Below are positions 10,515 to 20,518 of a stretch of DNA of 25,786 bases, one piece after another. Source of the stretch: Octopus sinensis (lineage: Eukaryota). Within the stretch, counting starts at the first letter, position 1; each line of letters begins with the position of its first letter. The stretch covers positions 1 to 25,786 of the forward strand of contig NW_021836212.1 of NCBI RefSeq assembly GCF_006345805.1. Direction: 5' to 3'. The notes under the pieces are model-generated. The model did no database searches. It saw only the letters and a program-made list of their open reading frames with translations, and was not told where the DNA came from. Made by a program: the position numbers and the translations under genes.

Positions 10515-10730
10515 TGCAAGATGGCAGAATCGCTGGCACTCTGGGCAAAATTCTCAGCACCATTTCGTCTACCTTTACGTTTTGAGTTCAAATTTCGTAG
10601 AGGTCCACTTTGCCTTTTATCCTTTATTGGTCGATAAAATACCAGATAAACATTGGCGACGATGTAATCGACTAGCCCCTTTCACCCAAAATTTCAGGCC
10701 TTATACCTAAACCACAAAGGACTGTTATTA
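10515..10730 (+). mobile_element. SINE family 'B' copy, tandem to the previous one
   Basis: GGCAGAATCGCTGGCAC...GAGTTCAAATTTCG...GAGGTCCACTTTGCCTTTTATCC...GATGTAATCGACTAGCCCC...AATTTCAGGCCTT. Confidence 0.8.
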
Positions 10731-10750
10731 TTACTATTGTTATTATTATT

Positions 10751-11230
10751 GTGAGAGAGCAGTGCATGCCATCAAAGAGACACTGGGGTAAAATATACGA
10801 GGCCCAGTATACTCATCATGACTACCCGTCTAATAAGGGTACGCTAGGCACATGCATCACAATCATATGTGCGCGACATGGTGATCTCATATCAAGATAA
10901 ACAGCGCATGACCTTGCAGGTGGAGTCCAGTTAGACTTTTCTTCTGGTCGAGTAACCCATCCCGCTCAAAACGTCCCTGAATAAGGATTGTTTAAGGATG
11001 TTGAACGAACCACCCATGTGAATTATCCAAACCTCTAAGAATTCATTTCAACACCTGGCTATGTTGCTCCCCCCACTACATCTGCTCATGATCAGAGATG
11101 CACATATCGTCAGCCACTAAGGGACATGCTCAACTGGTTATGGTCAGACAAGTGACAAGCAAATCTGTGGTATTGAGCAGAATATTTACTGTAGCCCATC
11201 TTTTATACCAAGTCAAAACAATGTACATGA
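10751..11230 (-). mobile_element. Unclassified retroposed element 3' segment ending in an (AAT)n tail
   Basis: Non-coding block of moderate GC content. On the minus strand it ends ...GCATGCACTGCTCTCTCAC directly followed by AATAATAATAAC, and its other end abuts (ATT)n. It resembles an abundant Octopus repeat as I recall it (not verified). Confidence 0.5.
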
Positions 11231-11234
11231 TTTA

Positions 11235-11270
<36 letters not shown>

Positions 11271-11535
11271 GTCTTTGCACAACTTCCAACGCTGGAGATG
11301 TACTACGGTGCCAGCTGTTCATTACCAATGAATTAATGTAACACCCCTTATTTTTCGAGCACTATCCAAGCAGCGCTGTTTTCTGCAAGTGCTCCATCCT
11401 TATTACAGCCCCTATTTGTTTCATGTTCTTCTCAGCACTTTTACTCACTGTTCCCAGGACACCGACAATTATTGGTACTACTATCACCTTTTTAATCGAC
11501 CGCAACTGCTTAACCTCCCAAGCTAATCTGTCATA
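11271..11535 (-). mobile_element. 3'-terminal fragment of an RLE-type non-LTR retrotransposon (R4/Dong-like)
   Basis: Manual translation of minus strand 11535->11348 gives YDRLAWEVKQLRSIKKVIVVPIIVGVLGTVSKSAEKNMKQIGAVIRMEHLQKTALLG, then a deletion/frameshift, then VLEK* (stop at 11348-11350). A 77-nt 3' UTR and (TAA)n follow. The pattern Y..L..E...L...V.VVPI.VG.LG...LQK.ALLG is typical of the C-terminus of R4/Dong-clade ORFs. Confidence 0.75.
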
Positions 11536-11609
<74 letters not shown>

Positions 11610-11620
11610 CATTATTATTA
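11536..11620. repeat. (ATT)n, about 28 units
   Basis: Read directly; one ATC interruption. Confidence 0.98.
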
Positions 11621-11621
11621 G

Positions 11622-11785
11622 AAAGGCAGTGCGCCGAACGAAATGCTTAGCGGCATTTCGTCCGTCATTACGGTCTGATTTCAAATCCAACAGAGGTCGA
11701 CTCTACCTTTCTTTCTTTCGGGGTCGATAAAATAAATAACAATTAAACGCTGGCATTGATGAAATCGACTAGCCCCCTTCAAGTA
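11622..11785 (+). mobile_element. SINE family 'B' copy with a 5' deletion
   Basis: GAAATGCTTAGCGGCATTTCGTCCGTC...GAGGTCGACTCTACCTTTC...TTCGGGGTCGATAAAATAA...ATCGACTAGCCCCC. Confidence 0.8.
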
Positions 11786-11811
11786 AAACAAAAATATACA
11801 TAATAGGGATT

Positions 11812-11985
11812 TCAAATTTTGACAAAAACCCAGCAATTTCAAGGGTTAATCAATTACATCGACCCGATAACTCAACTGGTACTTCTTTTATCGACCCCGT
11901 AAGGATCAAAGGCAAAGTCGACCTCGGTGGAATTTGAACTCAGGACGCAAAGACAGGCTATCGATTCTGCCAACTCGCCACCTTA
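11812..11985 (-). mobile_element. SINE family 'B' copy, convergent with 11622-11785
   Basis: Reverse complement reads AAGGTGGCGAGTTGGCAGAATCG...CTGAGTTCAAATTCCACCGAGGTCGACTTTGCCTTTGATCC...GGGGTCGATAAAA. Confidence 0.8.
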
Positions 11986-12420
11986 GAATTATATATACAC
12001 ATATTGACATCATTTTATAAATATGCGGGCGTAATGAATTCGAAATGAATTACGAAATCTGAAGCCTGAATTCCAAAGACCAAAGGTCAACAGAAGTACT
12101 ACACCCGCCACTACCATTATGACCACACACATGCACAATCACATATACACAGCATTCACTGGACCATCCTTAATATAAATTTCATATAGACACATGCACA
12201 CCCATACATATGTCCATATAAACGTTTAGTGTACGTACAAATAACATGAACAACATGCGCTATAAGATACAATGCAAGAATGAAACAGCAGGGAGTGTGC
12301 CGTAGCATGAAGATGGTGAAGAAGGGGGGGGGTGTTGCATCGATAAGGTCAAAGGTTGTAACGGAAGAACATTGGTAAAAAGCAATCAATCAATTTATTT
12401 ATTAATTAATATACATATTA

Positions 12421-12601
12421 TAGTTATCGCCATACTAATATGGCATTCTTATAAAAATAAGAAAAAAGCTGTCCGCTTATTAGCTCCATGAGGCCATCGC
12501 CTTAAGTTAGCTATTTGATACACAAACTGTATCATGGAGCTAATAAGCGGACAGCTTTTTTCTATTTTTATAAGAATGCCATATTAGTATGGCGATAACT
12601 A
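12421..12601. mobile_element. Palindromic (foldback) MITE, 181 bp
   Basis: Arms 12420-12491 and 12532-12602 are reverse complements except for one 1-nt indel, with a 40-nt spacer. TTA flanks both sides (12418-12420, 12602-12604); a TA TSD with ends at 12423/12599 is also possible. Confidence 0.85.
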
Positions 12602-12806
12602 TTATTTTCCGGGAACGCTGCCGCTGTTCTCTTTTAGAGAGACTTAGTTATTTTAATATTTCTAATATACATATTATTTAACAATTAATGACAAAATACA
12701 AGTGAAATATATAACCAGTCTGTTACATTTGACAGCATGATCGGCCAAATTACAGGAATATGCTTCTAAATGCAATTGAGCATCAAGAATTGAGTAAAAC
12801 AAGTAC

Positions 12807-12807
<1 letters not shown>

Positions 12808-12858
<51 letters not shown>

Positions 12859-13420
12859 AACACACGCACACGAACACACACATATACATATATATATTTC
12901 ATATCTATGTACAAAGATATATGTATACGACATATATAATGTGTTAGAGTATGTGTGTATATATATATATATTTTTTTTTATTTTTTATTTATCTAGTTT
13001 CAGTTCACGAGCTGTGGCCATGCTAAATATGTGTGTGTATACATATAGACATATATACATGTACATTTATATACATATGTGTATACATGAATATATAGGT
13101 AAATATATGTATGTGTATACATATATACATGTACATATATATACGTATGTATATATATATATATGTGTGTGTGTATATATAGGTAAATATATGTGGGTGT
13201 ATACATACAAACATGTACATATATATACATATGTATATATATGTATATATAGGTAAATATATGTATGTATACATACATACACATGTACATATATATACAT
13301 ACATGTGCCATATATGTATTTATATATAAATACATGCATATTCGTGTGTATGTGTGTATGTGTGTGTGTGCATTCGTGTGTGTATCTGTGTGCGTGTGTG
13401 TATGTGTGTGGTGTACTGCG
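12808..13420. repeat. (CA)n/(TA)n/(TG)n field with an internal higher-order repeat
   Basis: The marker AGGTAAATATATGT recurs at 13097, 13181 and 13251. Confidence 0.9.
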
Positions 13421-13551
13421 TGTGTACTCATCACTCATTACTCATTGTCGCAGCAGTGCAGGTAACATTCAGTTCCCAAAATGCAAACAGAAGTTGTCAT
13501 CCTTTAAAATTCCACTAATGGTCTCAATACTTCCTACCTCATTAGCAGAAC

Positions 13552-13940
13552 ACTATTTCAGTCATTTGACTGCGGCCATGCTGGATCACCCCCTTAAAGG
13601 GTTTTAGTCAAAGAAATCGACCCCCAGGACTTATTCTTTGTAAACCTAGTACTTATACTATATGTCTCTTTTGCTGGACTGCTCAGTTATGGTGACATAA
13701 ATATCGGTTGTCAAGTGATGGTGGAGAAACAAATACAGATACAACGATACACACATAGAATATATATACATGCTAACACGGGCTTCTTTCAGTTTCCATT
13801 CACTAAATCCTCTCACAAGGCTTTGGTTGGCCCAAGGCTATAGTAGAAAGCAATTGCCCAAGGTACCACACAGTGAGACTGAACTCGGAACCGTGTGGTA
13901 GAGAAGCAAGCTTCGTGCCACGCAACCACGCTTGTCCCTG
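13552..13940 (-). mobile_element. SINE family 'A', older diverged copy
   Basis: TTTCAGTCATTTGACTGCGGCCATGCTGG through GGCTATAGTAGAAAG...GAACTCGGAACCGTGTGG is the reverse complement of the A head, core and tail. Confidence 0.85.
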
Positions 13941-14153
13941 TAGATATATATATATAACTCATTAATTCGTTCGGCAATGTTTTTTGGTCATAATCTTTGT
14001 ACTTACTGATGACAACAGGTACCCTTATGCTCCTATATTTTTGAACACACACCTAATTTAATCCTTCCTCTGTATCAGATGAGGAGATTAGTTCGCGCAT
14101 TCTTGTTTATATTTGGTATGTTTGTATGTGTAAGAACTTATTTTCTTGTTGTT

Positions 14154-14528
14154 TTATTACCTCCGCCTTAGCGAAGGCGGTGGTATTGCTTTTAGTTGTG
14201 TTTGTTTGTTTCTGTGGTTGTCTGTAGACAAGATATCTCAAGAACCCCTGCATGGATTCGGATGAAACTTACAGGGATGTTTGGCCTTGAGACTGGCATG
14301 AACTGATTAGATTTGGGATCAATCTGGTACTGGACAGGGATTCTGGATTATTTCACCGGTTTTTTACTTAATTTTTGAGGGTGGTCGGGTTCATTTTTAG
14401 TAGTCTTGTTTATGAGAGCAGTCAAGTTTATTTCAGATATTCTCAATTTAAAAATCATCTACGGTTAATCGCTGAGAGGACATCGGCGTTACCTTGGCGG
14501 AGGTTTCCGCTCGCTGAGTGCTCTTGTT
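14154..14528 (+). mobile_element. Non-autonomous Helentron-associated element (HINE/DINE-1-like), about 375 bp
   Basis: 5' TTATT-ACCTCCGCC (14159-14167) forms a local hairpin with AAGGCGGTGGT. A (GTTT)/(GTCT)-like stretch follows. The 3' subterminal inverted copy GGCGGAGGT (14496-14504) is followed by a small hairpin CGCTC-GCT-GAGTG (14508-14520) and CTTGTT, in T-rich flanks. This matches the established HINE layout. Confidence 0.7.
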
Positions 14529-14939
14529 TCTGTTTGTAATTAATAGTTCTACTTCTATATCTTAACTTATTAGACTATCTATTTCTTCAAATCAGTCCAT
14601 TAAATTTAATATGGTTATTAGTTATTCATTGTATCCAATTCGTCTCATCACGCAAATAATGAACGTAGAGAAGAGTACCTTTATATATTTTTGTGGAATA
14701 TTTTAGAATTCTGCTTTAATTCTGTCTTTTGTAATTTTCAAAAAAAATGTCTTCCGTTGTTTTGTTCTTATCTAAATCCTTTTCTTTTTCTTTTCACTAT
14801 GTTCTTGGCTTCTACAAAGAATCTTTTAATTTCTGTAGCTTATGTGATAAGCTTTTTTCTTGCTCGTTCTTTTATGCTCACCTAAACTCATTTTCTTTGT
14901 TTCTCTCTATGGATACACACTAGAAGTTGATACATGTAT

Positions 14940-15351
14940 ACTCTTTTACTCTTTTATTTGTTTCAGTCATGTGACTGTGGCCATGCTGGAGCACCGCCTT
15001 TAGTCGAGCAACTCGACCCCAGGACTTATTCTTTGTAAGCCTAGTACTTATTCTATCAGTCTCTTTTGCCGAACCGCTAAGTTAGGGGGACGTAAACACA
15101 CCAGCATCGGTTGTCAAGTAATGTTGGGTGGGGACAAACACAGACACACAAACATATGCACACATGCAAATATATATATATACACAATACACATAAAGCG
15201 TGAAATATAATTAATTTAATAAAATTAATAAATTTCACCTAGTAGTTTTTTCGGTATGGAAATGACCATATTTGGTAAGGATTATATTAATTATAATAAA
15301 GGTTTAATTGCAACAAGTTGCAATGACCCTTTATTATTATTATTATATATA

Positions 15352-15389
<38 letters not shown>

Positions 15390-15558
15390 TATATATATAT
15401 AAAACACGACAGGCTTCTTTCTGTTTCCGTCTACCAAATCCACTCACAAGGCTTTGGTCGGCCCGAGGCTATAGTAGAAGACATAGGTTCCACACAATGG
15501 GACTGAACCCGGAACCATGTGGTTCGTAAGCAAGCTACTTACCACACAGCCACTCCTA
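14940..15558 (-). mobile_element. SINE family 'A' copy carrying a ~140-bp foreign insert
   Basis: Tail ACTCTTTTACTCTTTT at 14940 and head ...ACCACACAGCCACTCCT at about 15557. A non-SINE AT-rich segment (~15195-15330) sits inside the central microsatellite. Confidence 0.9.
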
Positions 15559-16224
15559 TATCTCCATAGGCTCGAAATTTAGAACGACACACGTCTGCCC
15601 TTAGAGATATTTCAAGCTATTTGAAACGAAGTTATACGAGTGCCACCGTAAAACATTTGCATAACCTGATAGGATCGAAATTTTCTCTCAGGCTGGAGTA
15701 GTTTTCTCTCGAAATTTTGTACGAAAATTTAGCAGAATTTTTATATTTGGTGACAGTCTGTAGCTGCGGAATATAAATGTAATATAGAAGCGTATTTCAT
15801 CTATGTGCATTTATGGATTTTCGGTTTAACTTCGCAAATTTTCATCATAAAATCTAGTCTTTTATTTAATTGCCATCATTAATTACATCAGATGATATCA
15901 TTTCTTATGATGCAGAGCTTTATACAAATAAGTATTCCCCTTTTAATCCTGGACAAGATTATATATATATATATATATTCCTGTCTTCTACCAAGAAATC
16001 TAATGCTTACAGCTTAGTTTTTTTTCTTGGGGCTGGCCGAGTTGGAGCAAATATCAGAATTGAACAGCCGAAATTTGCTATGATGATTCGGTGTCTGACT
16101 GAAGATTGAAGGCTTCGAATGATTTGTCTGTGTTCCGTGTTCGTCCCTTCCTGTATTTCACGTTCATTATATATAAAATCATTCATTCTTATATTATTGC
16201 GGCGTTACGTGCACCCCCCCGTTT

Positions 16225-16262
<38 letters not shown>

Positions 16263-16499
16263 GTTGTTTGTTACTATTTCGTAAGATGGCGACGCAAAAG
16301 GGCAATAAAATTACTCAAAGACATTAATGCAATGACATTTTCATCCCTCTTTCATTGTTACTTACGAAATATTAATGTTTAATTCATGGAAGACGTTGAC
16401 GGATAGTGTCTTTCGGTTAAACGTCTGTCGGTATTTTGTAAAATGTCCCTTCCTTATTCTCTGTCAAACAATCTTATTCCCTAGCTTAAGCCGATATTA

Positions 16500-16502
16500 A
16501 CC

Positions 16503-16554
<52 letters not shown>

Positions 16555-16694
16555 TACTACTACCATCAAGCATCATCGACCACATATACTTAATGTATAT
16601 ATCTTGTGTATTTCCGGTGGGCTACGATATATACGTTGAGTATATGTGGTCGATGATGGTTATTACACTAGCGCTGCTTCTATTTCCTCTTTGA

Positions 16695-16760
<66 letters not shown>

Positions 16761-16995
16761 CATTATCATCATTATTATTATTATTCACCTGATGTAGAAG
16801 CTTTCCTCCTCTTCCTGATTTTTTTTTTTTGTTATAACATTTGTTTCTTAATGATCTCCGTAACTTCAAGGAAATCGATTTTGTGTTTGCATTTTGTCTT
16901 CTGGTATTCACTGTCTTCAACTATCATGGCCAATAATAGAAATCATTGCATTTCTTCTTCTTCTTCTTCTTCTTCTTCTTCTTCTTCTTCTTCTT

Positions 16996-17046
<51 letters not shown>

Positions 17047-17100
17047 GCTACTACTACTGCTACTACTACTACTACTACTACTACAACTACTACTACTACA
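16500..17100. repeat. (ATT)n, (CTT)n and (ACT)n tracts
   Basis: Read directly; source of the poly-N, poly-S/T and poly-L ORFs. Confidence 0.95.
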
Positions 17101-17213
17101 TGCTAGCGCGGCAACCCCGCGGTGGTGTTCTCGTTATTACTATTATTGCTATTGGTGTTATTATTACTGTTGTTGAGGCTGTTGTTGTGGTGCTTATTAT
17201 TTGATTGAGAACA

Positions 17214-17457
17214 ATGGTACTGGAGCGGCTGAATCGTTGAAAGAGCTGAACAAAAAACAAAAAAAAATTGCCTTGTGGTATTTCTTCCGGCACTTTACAT
17301 CTCGAGTTCAAATCTCGCAGAGGTCAGCTTCGACTTTCCTGCTTCCGGGGCTTATAAAATAAAGTATCAATAAAGTTCTTGATTCGATGTAAATCGACTA
17401 ACCACCCTCTCCCCACGCTCACACTTGCAGGCCTTGTACCCAAAATTTGAAAAAATC
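17214..17457 (+). mobile_element. SINE family 'B', diverged copy
   Basis: GGCTGAATCGTTG...CGAGTTCAAATCTCGCAGAGGTCAGCTTCGACTTTCC...GATGTAAATCGACTAACC...GGCCTTGTACCCAAAATTTGAA. Confidence 0.7.
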
Positions 17458-17459
17458 AT

Positions 17460-17528
17460 GATTATTACTACCATCATCACCACCACAACCACCACCACCA
17501 CCACCACCACCACCTTCACCACCATCAC

Positions 17529-17570
<42 letters not shown>

Positions 17571-17621
17571 TATCATTATTATCATTATTATTATAATCAT
17601 TAATTATTATTATCATTATTA

Positions 17622-17680
<59 letters not shown>

Positions 17681-18289
17681 GTAGTCGTTGGTAATGGAAG
17701 CGGTAACGGTTGTGATGATGATGGTGGTGTTTTTTGTTGTTGTTGCTGTCACAATTGCTGTATTATTGTTCCCACTCTTTCTATAATTGTTTTTTTTTTG
17801 TTTTCCTTTTTTGGCTATTATTTTTTTTGTTTTTGTACTTGCCTTAATCATTAACCATGAGAGTCTCATCGTTGTTATTATGCCAATAGTAACAATAATT
17901 ATAATTATTTTATTGCTATCATCATCATCATCATCATCATCATCATCTTTGCCAACACCATTATTGACGTCTTCCTTCCTACTCTTCCTCCTTCTCACCA
18001 TCATCATCATCCCTTTCGTAATCACCTTCATCATCGTCAGCAACCAGCAACAGCAGCAACAGCATCACCACCGCCACCATCATCATCATCATAATCGTCA
18101 TCATCAGTATCATCATAATCAACATCATTATCAATAGCAACAGTGGCAGCAGCAGCATTGTCCTTCTCCGCGTTATCATCAACATCAGCAACAATATCAT
18201 CGTCATCCTCACCGTCGTCGTTATCATCATTATTATTATCATCATCATCATCATCATCATTATCATCATCATTATTATCATCATCATCT

Positions 18290-18339
<50 letters not shown>

Positions 18340-18405
18340 GCCATTGTCACCATCATCACCATAATCATCATCACTGTAATAATCCTCACCGTCGTCGTTA
18401 TCACC

Positions 18406-18459
<54 letters not shown>

Positions 18460-18539
18460 GCCATTGTCCCCATCATCACCATCATCATCATCACTGTAAT
18501 AATCCTCACCGTCGTCGTTATCACCATTATCATCATCAC

Positions 18540-18579
<40 letters not shown>

Positions 18580-18644
18580 GCCATTGTCACCATCATCACC
18601 ATAATCATCATCACTGTCATAATCCTCACCGTCGTCGTTATCAC

Positions 18645-18676
<32 letters not shown>

Positions 18677-18680
18677 CTAT
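17460..18680. repeat. Large compound (CAC)/(CAT)/(ATT) field with a 120-bp higher-order repeat
   Basis: CCTCACCGTCGTCGTTA recurs at 18207, 18384, 18504 and 18624; the period is exactly 120 for the last three. Confidence 0.95.
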
Positions 18681-19119
18681 TGCTACAGACCATCCCTATT
18701 ACGTAACGGTATTTCGAGACCAGGAAAAAGCAACGAAATACAAAACCTATCATCAAAAAATTTCATGAAGAAATACAGGGGAAAAATGGTCGACGATATA
18801 ACGGGGTGTTAGCTAGTTTAGGGGCGATATAATGTGCATAAGTTTGCAGGCGATAAACGTCTAAGCATAATGAATTAACATATTTGGGAATAATTATGTA
18901 TTGTTCTTCGTGTGCTTTTTCCTTTTTTATTATTTGAATTTCGAAATTTCAACCACAATTAATTGCCTCTGTATCAGATTCTGTCTACCCATAAATGTAT
19001 GGGTCCACATATATGTGTTATCTACGTACATATATCTATCGTATATACGTAAGTGTGCATACATACGCACACAGGCACTTATATAAATGCATTCGAACAG
19101 TTTTCTCCCTCTGTCTATT

Positions 19120-19123
19120 TCTT

Positions 19124-19174
<51 letters not shown>

Positions 19175-19352
19175 TATATATACACGTACATATATATATT
19201 ATATATTGAACCAGGTATATATATACACGCGCATAACTATATATATATATGCATATATATATGTATATATATGTATGCATATATGTACATATACATATAT
19301 ATATAACAATATATACATATGCATATACATATATGTATATATAATATATACA

Positions 19353-19388
<36 letters not shown>

Positions 19389-19389
19389 C

Positions 19390-19430
<41 letters not shown>

Positions 19431-19615
19431 TACATACTACATAACATACGTACATACATGCACACACACACACACGTTTTGCTATTTCTAACTTTACCGA
19501 TCTCTACCTCCCTCCTTTTTCCCCCTCTCTTTCCCTCAAACCTTCCTTCCCTTTCCCCTCCTCTCCCTCTCTCTCTCTCTCTTCCCTCCCTCCCCACTTC
19601 CCCCTTCCTCTGACA
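19120..19615. repeat. (CT)n/(TA)n/(CA)n field and polypyrimidine tract (19503-19610)
   Basis: Read directly. Confidence 0.9.
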
Positions 19616-19987
19616 CGCACAATCATCACTTCTTTCTACATCTCTTAGTCACACCACGCATGTTCTTTATTTTAATGAGATTTGTGTCAACTTGCAGGTC
19701 AGGAATTCATAAGTAAGAGTACTCATTTAAAATCTAATTGGAGCTAGGGGAAGATTTTGCCAGCAAATAATGATAATGATAATAATTTTATTAGCATCCG
19801 GGCATTTATCGAATTTCTACTGTCCGTTCAACTTTTTATATTTTTCAATTTTTTTGCTAATTTTCTTCCCAAAATTTCTACTCGTTTTTTCATTTCATTT
19901 TATTTCTTTGGAGGCGGAGATAATTTTTGTCGCTGGTTTCAGAATTTTCCTATTCTTTTCTTTTTAAATTGTGTAACAGACAGGAAC

Positions 19988-19990
19988 ATG

Positions 19991-20022
<32 letters not shown>

Positions 20023-20518
20023 GGTGTCTCTCAATGAGTGTGTGTGTGTGTGTATGTGTGCGTATGTGTGTGTGTGTGTTTGTGTGTGTGCGTGCGTGTG
20101 TGTGTTTGTGTGTGTGCGTGCGTGTACGTAGAGTTCTGCTTATTCAGCGTTAATTAACTCAGCAAATATTTCAACTTCATTCGCGCCCCAGAGCGTATTG
20201 TAACTAGGAGGGCTAGATGGCGACACGCGAACTCATGTATGCATGTCACCAAAATACAGCCCAGACAGGGAGATGCACAACTGGGGCGGGGGACAGAAAG
20301 GCAGACGGACAGACTAGCATATATATAATATATATATATATACATACATATATATATATATATATGTGTGTGTGTGTATGTATGCATATATATATATGTG
20401 TGTATATGTATGCATATATCTAGAGAGAGAGAGAGAGAGAGAGGGGTAAAGATAGATAAGCATACATACAGACAGACAGGCAGACAGACAGTCAGGCAGA
20501 CAGACAAGCAGATAGATA
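19988..20518. repeat. (TA)/(TG)/(GA)/(GACA) microsatellites with a unique CpG-containing spacer at about 20130-20300
   Basis: Read directly. Confidence 0.85.

Noticed and set aside
17979-18677. 232-aa poly-Met ORF
   Set aside because: The ATG frame of the same (GAT)n repeat; its existence shows that openness here is a property of the repeat.
18779-18900. TACAGGGG...CGATATAACG as a pogo/Tc-type terminus
   Set aside because: I found no matching inverted end.
20209-20224. CTCF-like CTAGATGGCG motif
   Set aside because: It lacks the 5' CCA half of the consensus; a single partial match is uninformative.
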